Shown in pieces: positions 51,192 through 64,000 of a stretch of DNA of 64,000 nucleotides. Source of the DNA: Rhizophagus irregularis (taxonomy: Eukaryota); assembly GCF_026210795.1 (NCBI RefSeq), contig NC_089433.1, forward strand, positions 5,642,001 through 5,706,000, written 5' to 3'. The first letter of the stretch is position 1. Each line of letters begins with the position of its first letter. A model generated the notes under the pieces. The model was given only the letters and a program-made list of their open reading frames with translations, was not told where the DNA came from and made no database searches. The translations under genes and the position numbers were made by a program.

Positions 51192-52239
51192 GAAGGTAAT
51201 ATTAATTTCTTTATATAGTTAAAGTATATATATTCTAACATTTTTTATTAGTATGTTCACAATCTAGTGAGTTTCAGAATATAGTATTAAGAAAGCCAGC
51301 ATCAATTCGCAACACGAATATTGGAATTAATACAATTTCGTTTCATTCTGATTTGGCTCTTGCGTATAAAAGTTTTGGATATCACGCATCATTGATTAAT
51401 AAGGCTTGTAATTTTTACGAATATGTATCTTACATCCAAGTTGTGCAAAATGTCAAAATCCAATGTCATTTGAATAAGGGCGATATAGTGACGATTAAAG
51501 AGGTTGATTATGGAGAAAGTTATGCGGTTATCAAAGGTATTTTTAAACACCAGAACAATAATGGATATTATTATCCATTTATTTATGTCAATTGGTTTGA
51601 AGATACCTATAAGAAACACAACAAATTGGATTGTCCAATCTTCGTCCTTCGTCATGATAATCATTATCGCAAGATATTTCCATTGACGGTCATAGATAAA
51701 GTTCGGAAGGCGTATTTTGTACATGATTGTAACGCGAGATGCAAGGAATCTGATCATTTTCTGGAAAATAATCATTATTTAAAAAATGAATTTTTTTCGC
51801 AGCTGTTTAATTAATACAGGTAATAGTATAATAATAAATAATGAGATAATTTTTTGTTTATTTCGTACCATGATCAAATTAACACTTAAGTTCGTTCATT
51901 TTTTATATTTTAAATTTGTTATACTTTCGGAGAACATTAATTATTTAATATTACTTATAGAATATATATTTACAATGTGAAGAATACATGAATTTACTTT
52001 ACATTTAACGTATATTTATTACAACTTTATTACATAGCACCTTTGTATTATCTATATGTTTACCTTAAATTAGCAATATATTTACTTTTACATTTCCTAT
52101 ATAGTTGCTTCATAACTACTGTATCACTTCTATACATTTGTCTATATTAAATATTTAATATTGCGTTGAAAATAACATAAAGTAGCTGTACGCTTACTAT
52201 GTAAGTGGTGGCAATATGAATACTACAAAGCCCCGATTT

Positions 52240-54853
52240 ATTATTTTTATTTATTATTATTATTTTATGTGAAGCTGGACAGACTATTAAACAGGACATA
52301 TACCACACGTGAGTTATTTTACTTTTAGCTATCATCCATCACCAGGACGGATCCAAACTTCTTTAAAAACGTTGGAACCAGCCTGATCCCCTCCACTACC
52401 GAAAGAAGAACAGGAACGAGAATAAAATTCAATTAAATGACGAGCACTAATCCGTATTTTTCTTTCAACCCATAGGGCTGCCACCTGTAAATACTGTAAG
52501 AGGTGGAATGGTTTACACTATTTTAAGTTGTTAAAAGTCTAACATAAAAAATGAACTAAAATGCTAATAAGCATGTACAAATAGAAACTAATATAATCAT
52601 AAATCTATATATAAAATTGACTAACGAGTACTAGATAGTATGAGCAGACGAACTATTTTCTAAATCCTTCGAGGCGGATAATATACAAATCTTTTTATCT
52701 AGATGATAACCATAATGAGTATCTAAATTACCATTATCATTGGCACGTCATTTAAGCGGTCTGTCGTCCATAATGGCACAAGGCTGAAAAGCCAAACCGA
52801 TTTCATCCCTATAGTAGTTGACGATAAAAGCATCTTCATAAATGTTAACCCAAGAGCGTAACTCTTCTAAAATTTTAGTATCTTCACTTTTTTTCTGTTC
52901 AATTTCTTGTAATTTTTGTAATCGTCATTTTTCGCGTTTTTTGCGTTCACTTTGTTTGAGTGATCCAGATACGGTTGGTAATTCGGGTATTACTTCAGAT
53001 AAGATTTCAAGTAATTTCGTCTCGTAATTGTACTGAGCGTCGGTGACTTCTATTACAAGATTGCATAGATTCTTTCGGTATTCGCCTTGGTCGGGGTAGT
53101 ATCCCATTGTATTTTAGCAATTATTCTTTCTTGTTCATATTTTGTCATCGTTCCATGATGATCATAGATTTCTTTCATGTGAGCTAACCAACCATCACTG
53201 CCAACTGCAAGTGGTTGTAAATTCTTTTTCCAGATTTTCATACGAGAAGGTTGATTCAATCGACCACCTTCGTAAATTGCAGATTGAGGAATTAACGGAA
53301 TATAATGTTCAGGTATGTTCTCCCAATTGTCGGTATTAACTGAGGATATAGGATTACCATTCGATATAGATGCGACAGAGCTAACGTTACAAATTGTCTC
53401 CGCTATAGCAGGTGCAGGTACGGTCTTAGTTTCAGGAAATGAGATCGGAAAGGTATAGTAACCTTTTGAAGGTTCAATAAATTTTTTCTTATATCGAAGA
53501 TGTTTGATAGGAGCGGTGAATTGTTGATTTTCTTGAAATAATAATTTGTGACGTCATGCAGCTCAAAGTTTATCATCCATCAGCGCATTATCATCCAGCT
53601 TGGCATTGTGGAAAGTATGCCTAACCGAAGCATTAAAACGTGCTTCTTGTCTTTTTTTGACTTTTGGAGACAAACTGGGAGTAAATTGAAGATTCCCATA
53701 TTTTTTGCTGTAAATAAAATCAAGTTTTTTTGTAGCGACAACATTAGTGTTATACGCATGGTATGATGTGGTGAAAGAAATTCCTAATCGGTTCGAGAAA
53801 TTCTGATATTTCTTCTTCTTAGCCCATCTGTTGTGGAGGCGGGATGCGTGAAAATTTTTAAATGTTTTGCAATGACTGACATCAGGAATTTTGTTATCCT
53901 TCGAGATGAAATATAGGACTAGATTCTTGTGGTGAATAATACAGGCATGACGGTGATATGACATTGTGAAAGGAACTGGAATGGAACAGGTCACAACAGT
54001 ATTTGTCAACAGACCCACTGTACGAGCATGATTACATGGGAGGTAAATTCCAAAATAAAATCTATATTTTTTGTACGAAAAATTAAAAAAAGTTTTAGTC
54101 ATGTGATTGTTTTTGTCCTTTTTTTGGGCACGTAATGTTATAAAATCCAAACGCTTCAATAGTTTTTTACGAATATATGTAAAAAATTTTTCTTGCAATC
54201 TTCGAGGGATAACTTTTTGTGTTGAAAAAAAGTGCGTGAGCTGTTTTGATATTTGAAATTTAAAATTCGGGAGTTGGCTCGTGGAGTTGTGATTAATCGG
54301 GATAGAGGACATATGATAATCATTTGTGTAAATCTTCAATTGAAGTTGATTGGTGTTTGGTAATTGATCAACCAGCTCAAAAAAGAAACTTTTTGAGCGC
54401 CTAAAATTGTAAATCTTGTTATAACCGGCTCTATGATGTGGAGTCACGTGAAACTTTTCGTATTTTGTAGAAAAAATATAATTTTTGTTAGGCGAAGAAA
54501 AGGGCCTAATATCCTCAAAATCGTTATGAAATGAAGGTGTATCCGATAAACTGTCTTCAGTAGGAGGTACTGTTCGTGTAGTATCGTGGTTGAATATGAA
54601 GTCGTCAGGACCAGCAGGTGTATGGTCGTATCCGGGTGCAGGAGCAAAATCATCGGCTCTTGGAAAATAAGACATAACCAACCCTTTGAGTATGGGTGTA
54701 ATAAGAACAATAAAACCTCGTCTTATGCCCGAGGCGCCTTTAGGGCCTCTTCCCTTTAGGCGTTTCAAATAGAAACTAAAAAATAAAATTTGCGCAAAAT
54801 TACTGCGGAAAACTAACAAAATGGAGAAAAAGGGGAAAGAGTTTTTTTTTTTC
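52240..54853 (-). mobile_element. RT-less ORF-bearing retroposon, copy 2 (both ends present)
   Basis: 14-bp TSD CAAAGCCCCGATTT (52226-52239, 54854-54867); (TAA)/A-rich 3' tail; 5' end GAAAAAAAAAAACTCTTTCCCCTTT; no RT or EN motifs. Confidence 0.85.
52631..54675 (-). pseudogene. Intronless basic protein of unknown function (about 680 codons, with a few frameshifts and stops) in the retroposon
   Basis: Long open frame from MSYFPRADD (54675) to 53563; continuing fragments IKHLRYKK, NWENIPEHYIPLIP, GSDGWLAHMKEI; homologous to 6231-11190. Confidence 0.7.
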
Positions 54854-54943
54854 CAAAGCCCCGATTTCATGGGTTTCAGTAAAGAATTTAACTAATTTTA
54901 ATAAGTCACGTGGGGTGCGCACATGCGCACAAATTTTAAACCC

Positions 54944-55030
54944 ATAATAATAATAATAATAATAATAATATATAATATATAATATATAATATATAATATA
55001 TATGAATGAATATGAATATGAATTATGATA
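54944..55030. repeat. (ATA)n / (ATATATA)n microsatellite directly after the outer TIR
   Basis: ATAATAATA... grading into AATATAT and ATGAAT units. Confidence 0.85.
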
Positions 55031-55621
55031 TGGTTAGAATGATCGGAGTGAAATCATGATAGACCTGGCGCAGATGCATTATGCATTGCACAATTTAAAA
55101 TTATCAGTTATTTATACGGGCTAATCTAAACGTCTCGAATTTTTGAAGAGAGATACTGTATAAAGCCAAATGTAATTAGACTAATTCGATAGAAAAAGAA
55201 GAAACAGTCCATGTGTTTATTGACAATACAAATAATTAGATATTGAAAACAGTTTGAAGAACTATTATTCTGGTTTATGCTAATCATATAGTTTCTATAC
55301 CAAGTTTGTAAGTCTTTATTAAAGACAATAAAGAAATAAAATAAAATAAAAATTCCGTGTATATTAAATTGCATTAAATTAACTGCGCCTCAAAATTCTC
55401 CATGAACAAATTATAAAAGTTAAAATCAGTTAAGCAAGCTTGTTACATATAGAATAAGCATAAACATGAATAAAGATATACTATAGATGCAGAATAAATG
55501 ATGTATAGATGCGGAATTAAATGATATATAGATGCAGAATAAAAAATATACAGATGCGGAATAAAAATATATAGATAGTTACAGAATGAAAAAATTAAAA
55601 TTAACATAAATAATATTTAAT

Positions 55622-57490
55622 TCATTTAGCCCTCTTCTCGAAAATGATTCCATTATTACTTGGGAGTGCTACAGGACCTAACCTGAATTTATCCTCAATT
55701 TTACCACTTTCTGTACGGATATTATAATTTAAAATAGCATTATGCATAAAAAATTTAATTTCATTTATAGCAAGAAATCTTCCAGGGCACCTAAATAATT
55801 TATGATATTTAATTAGATTGATATTTTATATTTGTTTCAAAAATAATTAAGTTGAATATTATTCTTACATATGTTTACCACCTCCAAATGTCAGGAAATT
55901 TCTACCAACTTTTGATGCTGGAACGTTATGTCTATGTGGTTCAAATGATGTTGGATTTGGACCTTGTAGTGATTCATCATGATAAGTATCGTAAGAATAA
56001 ATATCAACTACATGACCTTTTGGTACTTGCAATCCATTAGAAAATGTGTGATCTTTTAATACCCAATGTGGAAGTGCAGCTACATCTCCGGTAAATCTTA
56101 ATGATTCTCTAATAAAACTATCTAAATTTTTCATTTCTTTAAGTGATTCAAATGGAAGTATACCATTTTCATCAGTCTTTTTATGAATTTCCAATTGTTC
56201 TTCATACAATTCTTGCATATACTCAGGTCGAGATGCTAAATCCACAACAACATTTGCACAAGCTCTTGATGTTGAATGAATTGAAGCAAAAATAAATATG
56301 CTTAAATTACTTGCCAATGCAGTATAATTAATATTATTGGGGTCAAAACTTTTTTGTTCCATAAAATCTTGAAGTAAATCAGTAGGTCGCTTCCATGAAT
56401 CACCATATTTTTGTTTCTCTCTTAAACGCTTATCAACTTGATGTTTAACATGTTTAATAAGCGTATTTACATGTCTAGTTACCGGATTATACAACCCTAA
56501 TCTTATTGGAATACGTTTAACAAAATCTTGAAGACCTGGAAAAATTAAATCAAAAATTGGAGGAATTAAAAAAAATACTGCTATATCTTTTGTAAATTCC
56601 GCGAAAGTGCTTATAACATCATCATATTCTGATTCCTCCTAAGAAATAAAAAATCAGAAAGAAAATTTTAAAATTTTAACATATTTTTTTAAACAAAATC
56701 TCACAATATTACTTACTTCACCAATAAAAACATTTGCGATAGAAGCTGAAATAATTTTTGTTATCGCAGAATAAATATTATAAATTACTTTTTGATCATT
56801 ACAATCACCAATGTGTTTTTGAGTGGCCAAATAAAGTGATTTTTGTATGCGTTCAGTATATAAATTCAATTTATTTGAAATAGATGATCCTCTAATCATT
56901 TTTCCATAAGATCTTAGATCGCCAAAATTATCAATACTCGTATACATGACATCACCAGGTATCATTTTTCTAAACAGTACCCCAAAATCAAACACGTCAC
57001 TTCTTGAGAGTACTTCATGCGTATATTCTTTTCCTATAAGTATGGTATAATATTAATTCCGCATCACTGAAATGTTAAATCAAAAAATACGGATAACTAC
57101 TTTACCAACAAACGTAATTGTTCGACCCCATATATATAAACTAAACATTTCACCATACTAATACAGTAATTTAAAAAAAAGTTTATATTAATGAAGTAAA
57201 TAAATTTAATGCGCTATTTTACCAACCTCTTTTCTGCATTGACCAAGGAATTTTTCACAATTAAACGTATATCTAAACGTATGTCCAATAATTGGAATTT
57301 TATAACGAACGAGTGGTGGCATATTCTAATGAAAAGAAAATTTTTTTTAAGAAAAGGAGCGTTTCCAGTAAAATTTTATTTATAGTAATATTAGTATTAG
57401 TTAATATATTACCAATTTTGGATTACGCGGATGCTTTAAAATATAGAGCGTTGTCAATAAAATAAATCCTAAAACAATGGTTTGAAACAT
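55622..57490 (-). CDS. Cytochrome P450 of a different family from the flanking pair, multi-exon, apparently intact
   Basis: MFQTIVLGFILL anchor; PPLV.YKIPIIGH; I-helix IFASIHSTS; LDSFIRESLR; FEPHR; heme motif FGGGKHM|CPGRFLA across an intron; TGA at 55622-55624. Confidence 0.92.
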
Positions 57491-59817
57491 TTGAAAAAAA
57501 GATTGATTAAAAGCTTGTTTTAAAAAAAAAACAAAAGGTAAAAAAGCCAAAATTTAAATTTATAATTTTTGGATACTTTCCATGATATATATTGTATAAA
57601 GATCGATGCAATATGATTTCAATTTTGCAGTCTATCATTCGGCACAATTAGGCCTTGCCAATTTAAAAGTTCGTTTAACATGATCCTCCAAATTTTATGA
57701 TGTAAACGAATTATTAAATTGATGGAAATATTATATTCTGGATACGGAATATTTCATGGTGCAGCCGTGAAAATCATGTGAATAATCATAGTAATTTATT
57801 TGAATTATTTAAACGGGACCGAACATGGGTTTAAAAGTAAAGATCATATATTTAATATTGTACTGAGAAAAAAAAATTAATATTTTAATACATTCACATA
57901 TGTATTTAGTTATATAAGAAAAAAAAAAGAATTTTCGTTAAGTGTTATGGCAAGTAGTGCTTCGATTCGTTTACGGATTGATCCCGGATTGTCAGATTTC
58001 GGATAACTTAAAATATATCCGAAACCAGTGATCTGAATTTAACAATTAAAGGCTTGTTCCGATAGTAGCATTGCGCATATAATGGTAGGACCGAAATGAT
58101 TTTCATTAAATATAATTGTTTTGATAACTCAAGCGATAAAAATGATGATACTATACATTTTGTCCCAATGGAAAAATAAATCATTTCGGAATCTCCGTAT
58201 TGAGAGGATCATTCTGATACCAAATTTTACGATGATTATCTCCTTGATATTTAAAACATATCAAATAATTCGATAGATTTTTTTGTGCCGAAATGATGAT
58301 CATATCCTGGAATGCATTAGATCATTAACAATCATATCTTAAAATGAAAAATTATGAAAATTTGTGAAAATTTGTGCGTTTTTATGGGTTAGTTAGTGCA
58401 TTTTTATGGTTTAGATTTTGCATTTTAATCTAACCATAATCCAAATTGGGAAAATTCAAAAAAATAATTTATAAAAATAAAAAAGGAAATGGCCTTCCTT
58501 TTTTGATTTATCTTTTTCTCTATTTTTTCATAAAAAACGCTTTTTTCGTTGAAAAAATAAAAAAATTAAAATATTTATAAAAATAAAAAAGGAAATGGAC
58601 TTCCTTTTTTGATTTATTTTTTCTCTTTTCTAAAAATTTTGAAATAAAAATTCAAAAAAGTATTTATGATTTATTTAATCAAAAAAAATATAATTAATAA
58701 TTTTTTAAATTTTTTATTAATAATTATTTGAACTTTTTTTTAAATGATGTATGCGATGTCTGCAGATCACTATTTACAACATGTATGCAAATTTTTTTTT
58801 AAAAAAAATGATGTCTACGAATTTGCAGATCACTATTTACAACAATTTGATTTGTCATTCTTAAAAAGTGATTTATCTTAAAAAGGATATCATTTTCTTA
58901 TTTTAACTTAGTAAAAAAGTTTTGAATTGAAGATTGTGATAAAAATACTTAACTAATCTAAAAAAGGAATCGTTTTTTTTTTCAAATAAAACTTTTGCAA
59001 AAAGAACTTTTAATAAAAAAAATGTAAATATGAATATTTTTTTGTTTAATAGATACAATGGGTAATATCTTCAACATTACCAACTTTCTAACTCAACAAA
59101 TTCCCCAATCCAAATAATTTAACTATTATACCATATTCACAACTTATTTAATTAATTTTTTTTACATATAATGACCATTTTTTTTATTTCTTTTTTTATT
59201 TTTAGTTTAAAATATATACCTTTTTATTGTCAAATTAATAAAAATTTCTAATAAATTTTTGAGAATGTCGAATAAAATAAATCTAACTAAAAATGATAAA
59301 CAATGTAGATTATTTCTAAAATCTCTTTGAATTTATGTAAATAAAACGTAAAAATAATGTTTAGAATAATATTATACAACTATATTATAGTTAATAAGAA
59401 ATTAATTATACACTACTAATTATAACTAAAACAATTTTACTAAATCACATTAAGGTGATTAAACTAATACAACTAATATTATCACATAAGCTTCCTATGT
59501 GTTTAATTGTTATTTATAAATTCATTCATATTGTATTATACTTTTATTAATAATAAAATTACAAAAAAATATTGGTTAATAATAATATTAAGCAATAATT
59601 TAGTATATCAGTTGCATTATATCAATTTCAAAAATACAATCTATTTTTTTAACAATTATTTATATAATCAATCGTAAAAATAGATAAAAGAAAGGTAAAA
59701 AAATTGTAAAATTGACTCTTTTCTAACTTTCGATTTTATCATAAAATTACACTTTTTTTAAAAAAATATTTCACATATAAGATCTCAATATTTTAATATA
59801 AATTAATACATACAGAC

Positions 59818-60306
59818 ATGCCTGCCACCTTCATCAATATAACGGTAGACCATATTATGAACATCAGGTCTATTGTAGATGAAAAAAATGATTGGAATTT
59901 TCTAACAGGAACTACAACTAAATTAAATCCACCAACAAGAGTTGTAGCAGAAAATGTTGAAGGAAAACCAGTTCATTCAACCTTAAAAATTAAAGATGTT
60001 TGGCAGTCATTAGTTATGCATCAAAATCTACATCAGGAACATAAAAAAATAAAAGCTATAATTATAGATGAAGTTTCTATGTTCTCAGCAGATACTGCAT
60101 ATTTTGTGGTAAATGGAGGTCCTTTACAAGACGCATTTACCCTTACTGTTCATAAAACACAGGGCCTAACATTATCCCATTCTACAATTTCTTTGGATAC
60201 TTCTATGTTTGAATATGGTCAATCATATCTTGCCATGAACAGAGCGAGGGTTGATGTAGAAACATTCCAAGAATTTGCACAAGAAGAGAATAGGACTAGA
60301 TTGTGA
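59818..60306 (+). pseudogene. Internally deleted PIF1-family helicase relic (probably Helitron-derived)
   Basis: [14 protein letters not shown] (motif Ia/Ib-like), IIIDEVSM (motif II), [18 protein letters not shown] (V) and [10 protein letters not shown] (VI) packed into 162 aa; Walker A and motifs III-IV missing. Confidence 0.75.
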
Positions 60307-60793
60307 ATTATCTTATTGATATTTAGAATACCTAATCACGAAAATTTTACATGAATTTATAAGTTAATAAAACTTACTTGATTCCCTCTTTAAATAGTCC
60401 TTATTGTTTTATAATGCAATGAAATAAATCAAATAGCAGCTCCCCTGCTAATAAATCAATTTCTTGATTTAATATACTAATAAAATTCCTGTCGATCGGT
60501 AACGTTTAGTTTACCCCGTATAAATAATTTTTGATAATTAGATCGGACAATTTGATCGGCAGATTTTAAAAATTAGATTTTCAATTAAATTTTCTTTTAA
60601 AAAATTAAAAAATTTATACTGTATGATGCATTTCTTTTTCCGGTTTTTATTTTTTGAAACGTGTGTAATACCGTATTAAGTGATGTACCACGCATGAGTT
60701 GCACATTACAAATTTATACTGATATCCCCCGATTTTTTAATATAAATAGCTCTGGTTCTCATATGAATCACGAATTAACTATAAGAACAAAAA

Positions 60794-63032
60794 ATGTTTG
60801 CTTTAATATTTTTCGCTATTACATTTGGTTTTATTATTAATTTCATTCGTAAATTTAATAAAAAACCTGAAGGTCTTGAGAATATTCCATATATTTCATT
60901 TATTTCTTTATTAAAAATATTGTGGGCTTATTTCCAACAAAAAAATTACGATGAAGTTGAAGATTTAGTTCAAGAACTTATAGGAGGTCATCATGATATT
61001 TATTTGGTAATGTCACATGATACGCTAATTTTTCTCTTATTTACAATTATATAATTATATTTACTTTTATTAGAGTCAGTTCGGCATTGTTCTCAACAAT
61101 CCTGAATACGCTAAAATTTTATTAACTGAATCAGGTGATTTGTTTTTTTTAATGTTGAAACATAACAAAAACTTTCCTTTAAATAATTAAATTACTTTTT
61201 AGAGGATGTTGCTATCAAGTACTATTCAAAAACTGATAATGTTTTTTTTGATAAATTTTTCGGATGTGGTTTATCATTAACTAATGGAGACGTGCGTAAT
61301 CTCGACTTCGATTTTTATAACTTAATTTTGTTGATTCCTAAGTAAAATCGTTAATACTTAAGTAAAATTAACAGAAATGGAGATCTACTAGAAAATTAGC
61401 GGATTCTGCATTAAATCTTGCTTCACATCAATATCCAGAGGTTGTTGGTGAAATTACAATGGATCTTTTTACTTTCATGAACCCAAATTTAAATCGACCA
61501 ATTAATATAATCGAACCTATGCGACGTATTTCAATTGAAGCATTGGGAAAATTTGCCTTTGGATATAAGTTTGGGGTAAGGGTTGGAAAATATTTTTGTA
61601 TATTTTTTTTATAATTATTATTTAACTTATTAAAAAAAAATTATTTTAGTGTTTAGAGTCTCAAGAAGTTCCTCGTCTCATAAGTGTTTATGAATATATT
61701 GTTTCAGTTCTTGGATCTCCTTTCCGTCGTGTATTTCCATGGATAAGTGAATTACCTTTAGAATCTAACAAAAAATACTTGGATGCTATTAAAGAATTTG
61801 ATGGATTCATTAATGATATTATAGAGACGAAAAGAAATGAGATGAAGAAAGATTCTTATAATGGTCATGATTTATTAACGAGCATGATAAAACAAGGAGA
61901 AATTAATATTGATAAACATCAATTGAGAGATGAGATAGCGACCTTTTTTACTGCAGGACATGACAGTAAGTAATTTAAAACTGCGCGTTATCTGTTATAG
62001 TGCGTATTAGGACATAAAGTTTTTCGGGAACAGAAAATTATATCCATGAATTACGAAGATCTTTATTTAAAACTTTTTAAAAAATTTTTTTAGCCACTAC
62101 AACGGCATTGAGTGTTTCGCTTTATTTTCTTGCAAAATATCCAGTAAGTAGTAGAATTTGCGGTTGATTTTTCAAAATTTACATCTTTTTATTAATCTTT
62201 TTGTAATTCAAAATGAATAGGAAATGCAAGAAAAAGCACGAGCAGAAGTAATCCGTATTCTTGGTAACGAACCAATTATACCAAGTTTAGATCAATTAAA
62301 GGTACTATTAAATCATTACAATCATTTATTTGTTCCCACATTTCACGATTTTATTGTATTTCATCCAAAATCATATATATTAATTATATACTGTATGTCT
62401 GTATATAACTATATATATATTAGGAATTGAAATATGTCAATGCAATTATTAAAGAAACTTTACGAACCCATCCACCGACACCAATATTAACTGTTAGAAG
62501 ATTAAAGAAGCCAATTAAGGTTGGCTCCTACATTTTACCAATAAACTCTACATGTATGATAAATACTTGGAAAATTCATCGTGATCCAAAATATTGGGAA
62601 AATCCTAATCAATACAACCCTGAAAGATTCTTATCAAGTGACGAAAAAAGAGACAAATTTGCTTGGATTCCTTTTTCTGCTGGTCCAAGAAATTGGTATA
62701 TATAGCAAATACTTTTTTTTTTACAAATATAAAATAATTTTATCATATTTTAAATTTTAAATTTTTCTTAAAACATTTTTATAGTGTCGGACAAAATCTC
62801 ACTTTATTACAACAAAGAGTTGTTCTTTCAATGTTCCGTAAGTAAAGTATATTTGTATTGTTTTATTTTGTTCATAGTTAAGTTATTTAATATCATTTCT
62901 ATTAAAGTGCTCAGATATAAATGGGTCCTTCCTGAAAATAACGTTAACAAGGACAAAATATTATTAAAGTCTCATTTTTTACTAACTCCCATTGATATAA
63001 AACTTGTGTTTACTGAAAGAATTAATGAATAA
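60794..63032 (+). CDS. Cytochrome P450, paralogue of 2873-5119, apparently intact
   Basis: Same exon structure; TAGHD-S/T, ETLR, PERF, FSAGPRN|CVG; C-terminus KLVFTERINE. Confidence 0.93.
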
Positions 63033-64000
63033 GTTATTAGGATTATTCTCAGAGATGATAATTATGTATAATTTTGTAAAAATGAATCTAGTTATCCACT
63101 TGCCTCAACATACTCAAGTATCTTTGTTGAACCTTGATGCAATAACAATACTACTTTAAAGAGTCGAATTTGAAGAGCAATAATTTCATTTATTATTTAT
63201 TTATTTTATTTATTTTAAATTTTCTTGTAATACTATCTATATTCGATTTACATAAATTTTATTATTATAATTGACTCTTTAAGAGTGAAAGGTCATTTTA
63301 ACTTGAGTCTTCTATAAAAACTTAATTATAAGACAAATTTTGGGCAGTAGTTTACATTATGGCTTTGTTTACCTGAAGGCCAATTGAAATTAATTTAGTA
63401 GGACGTCTTTGACCCTTGAAACAATGTAAAAATTATTAAAATTATTAAAATAAATTTGGCTCAATTCTTCTTTTCAATAATCAAGGCCAATACTAATCGA
63501 AAAAAAATATGATAAGCCTTTTCGGTCATTAAACCATACATATTCTATTAATTTTTAGATATCTGATAAATGTTCCTTTGCTGAAAAAATGTCATTTTTA
63601 ATGAATTACAACAATATTGGAAACAGTAATTAATATGTATTTTTATTAAGTCAACAAAAATTTATCTTCAATTTTCTCGAATTTTCTAAAGTATTATAAT
63701 AATCGTGTTGTAACGGGCTTTAATTTTCTCAAAAAGTGGAGAATTTTTTTTGATTAGCGGGTTAGGTATTAGAGTCTAAAAAAAAAGATCTGCAAATATC
63801 CAATCATGTGATTAATGAAATTTAATTATTGTACAGTACAGGGAGGCGATGTATTCAATTCCGTAATCCGCATTTTTATGGATATACACAGTATGATCTC
63901 ATTTAAATTAAATTATTATTATAGATTTACATGGTGCTTTTGTAGACCATACAGTTGGATTAACAGCAGAAAAAATATTTGATATGTAGACCAAATCAAA

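Larger units (their letters stand above)
45054..51814 (+). pseudogene. Second, divergent Plavaka-like transposase, multi-exon and decayed; possible first exon at about 35871-35963
   Basis: D/E/N-rich N-terminus; LFCWIQKHNI; YYLSICDIIQNILNNP; EYWHGDLWAESPLFG; IDIYYDDFSTYRNVYHSLG; LGFVPFGG; TADLPQ; GCRIC; PQDIYH; LPNLYANYHL; C-terminal IYVNWFE...AYFVHDC. Interrupted by three TIR elements. Confidence 0.82.
22234..54943. mobile_element. Large outer TIR element (about 33 kb including nested inserts), probably the carrier of the 45054-51814 transposase and the 30332-33607 gene
   Basis: 22234-22279 TGCGCATATGCGCACCCCACGTGACTTATTAAAATTAATTAAATTC is the inverted match of 54884-54929, and the match resumes with CTTTACTGAAACCC (23231-23244 vs 54871-54884). 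The outermost 14 bp of the left TIR are missing, so the TSD cannot be read. Confidence 0.65.

Noticed and set aside
54676..54870. N-terminal 65-aa extension of the 435-aa ORF
   Set aside because: Its ATG lies outside the element, beyond the TSD; the real start is more likely 54675.
58460..58845. Short direct duplications (ATTTATAAAAATAAAAAAGGAAATGG x2; GCAGATCACTATTTACAACA x2)
   Set aside because: No ends or TSD could be defined; probably part of a decayed element, too weak to call.

Overview
AT-rich, intron-rich eukaryotic DNA, most likely from an arbuscular mycorrhizal (Glomeromycota/Rhizophagus-like) fungus; this is inferred from composition, short GT-AG introns and the transposon repertoire. 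There are three apparently intact multi-exon cytochrome P450 genes: 2873-5119 (+), 55622-57490 (-) and 60794-63032 (+), the first and last being close paralogues. A nest of mobile DNA about 49 kb long and up to four levels deep separates them. The nest holds two decayed Plavaka/CACTA-type two-gene transposons, a MULE transposase, a 5'-truncated EN-RT-RNase H LINE and two RT-less ORF-carrying retroposons. It also holds many non-autonomous TIR elements whose ends and target-site duplications (TSDs) can be read directly, a collapsed PIF1 helicase relic, and an intronless virus/plasmid-like cassette (hairpins and iterons, F-box-like ORF, D5-like SF3 helicase). The most unusual signals are: (1) four separate non-coding arrays of micro-exon/intron units carried by different non-autonomous DNA transposons, whose donor sites and branch points sit in hairpins with compensatory changes; (2) the iteron/helicase cassette; (3) a young TIR element with an apparent 1-bp TSD; (4) a protein-coding retroposon with TSD and tail but no RT. 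All calls were made by eye and no database search was run.
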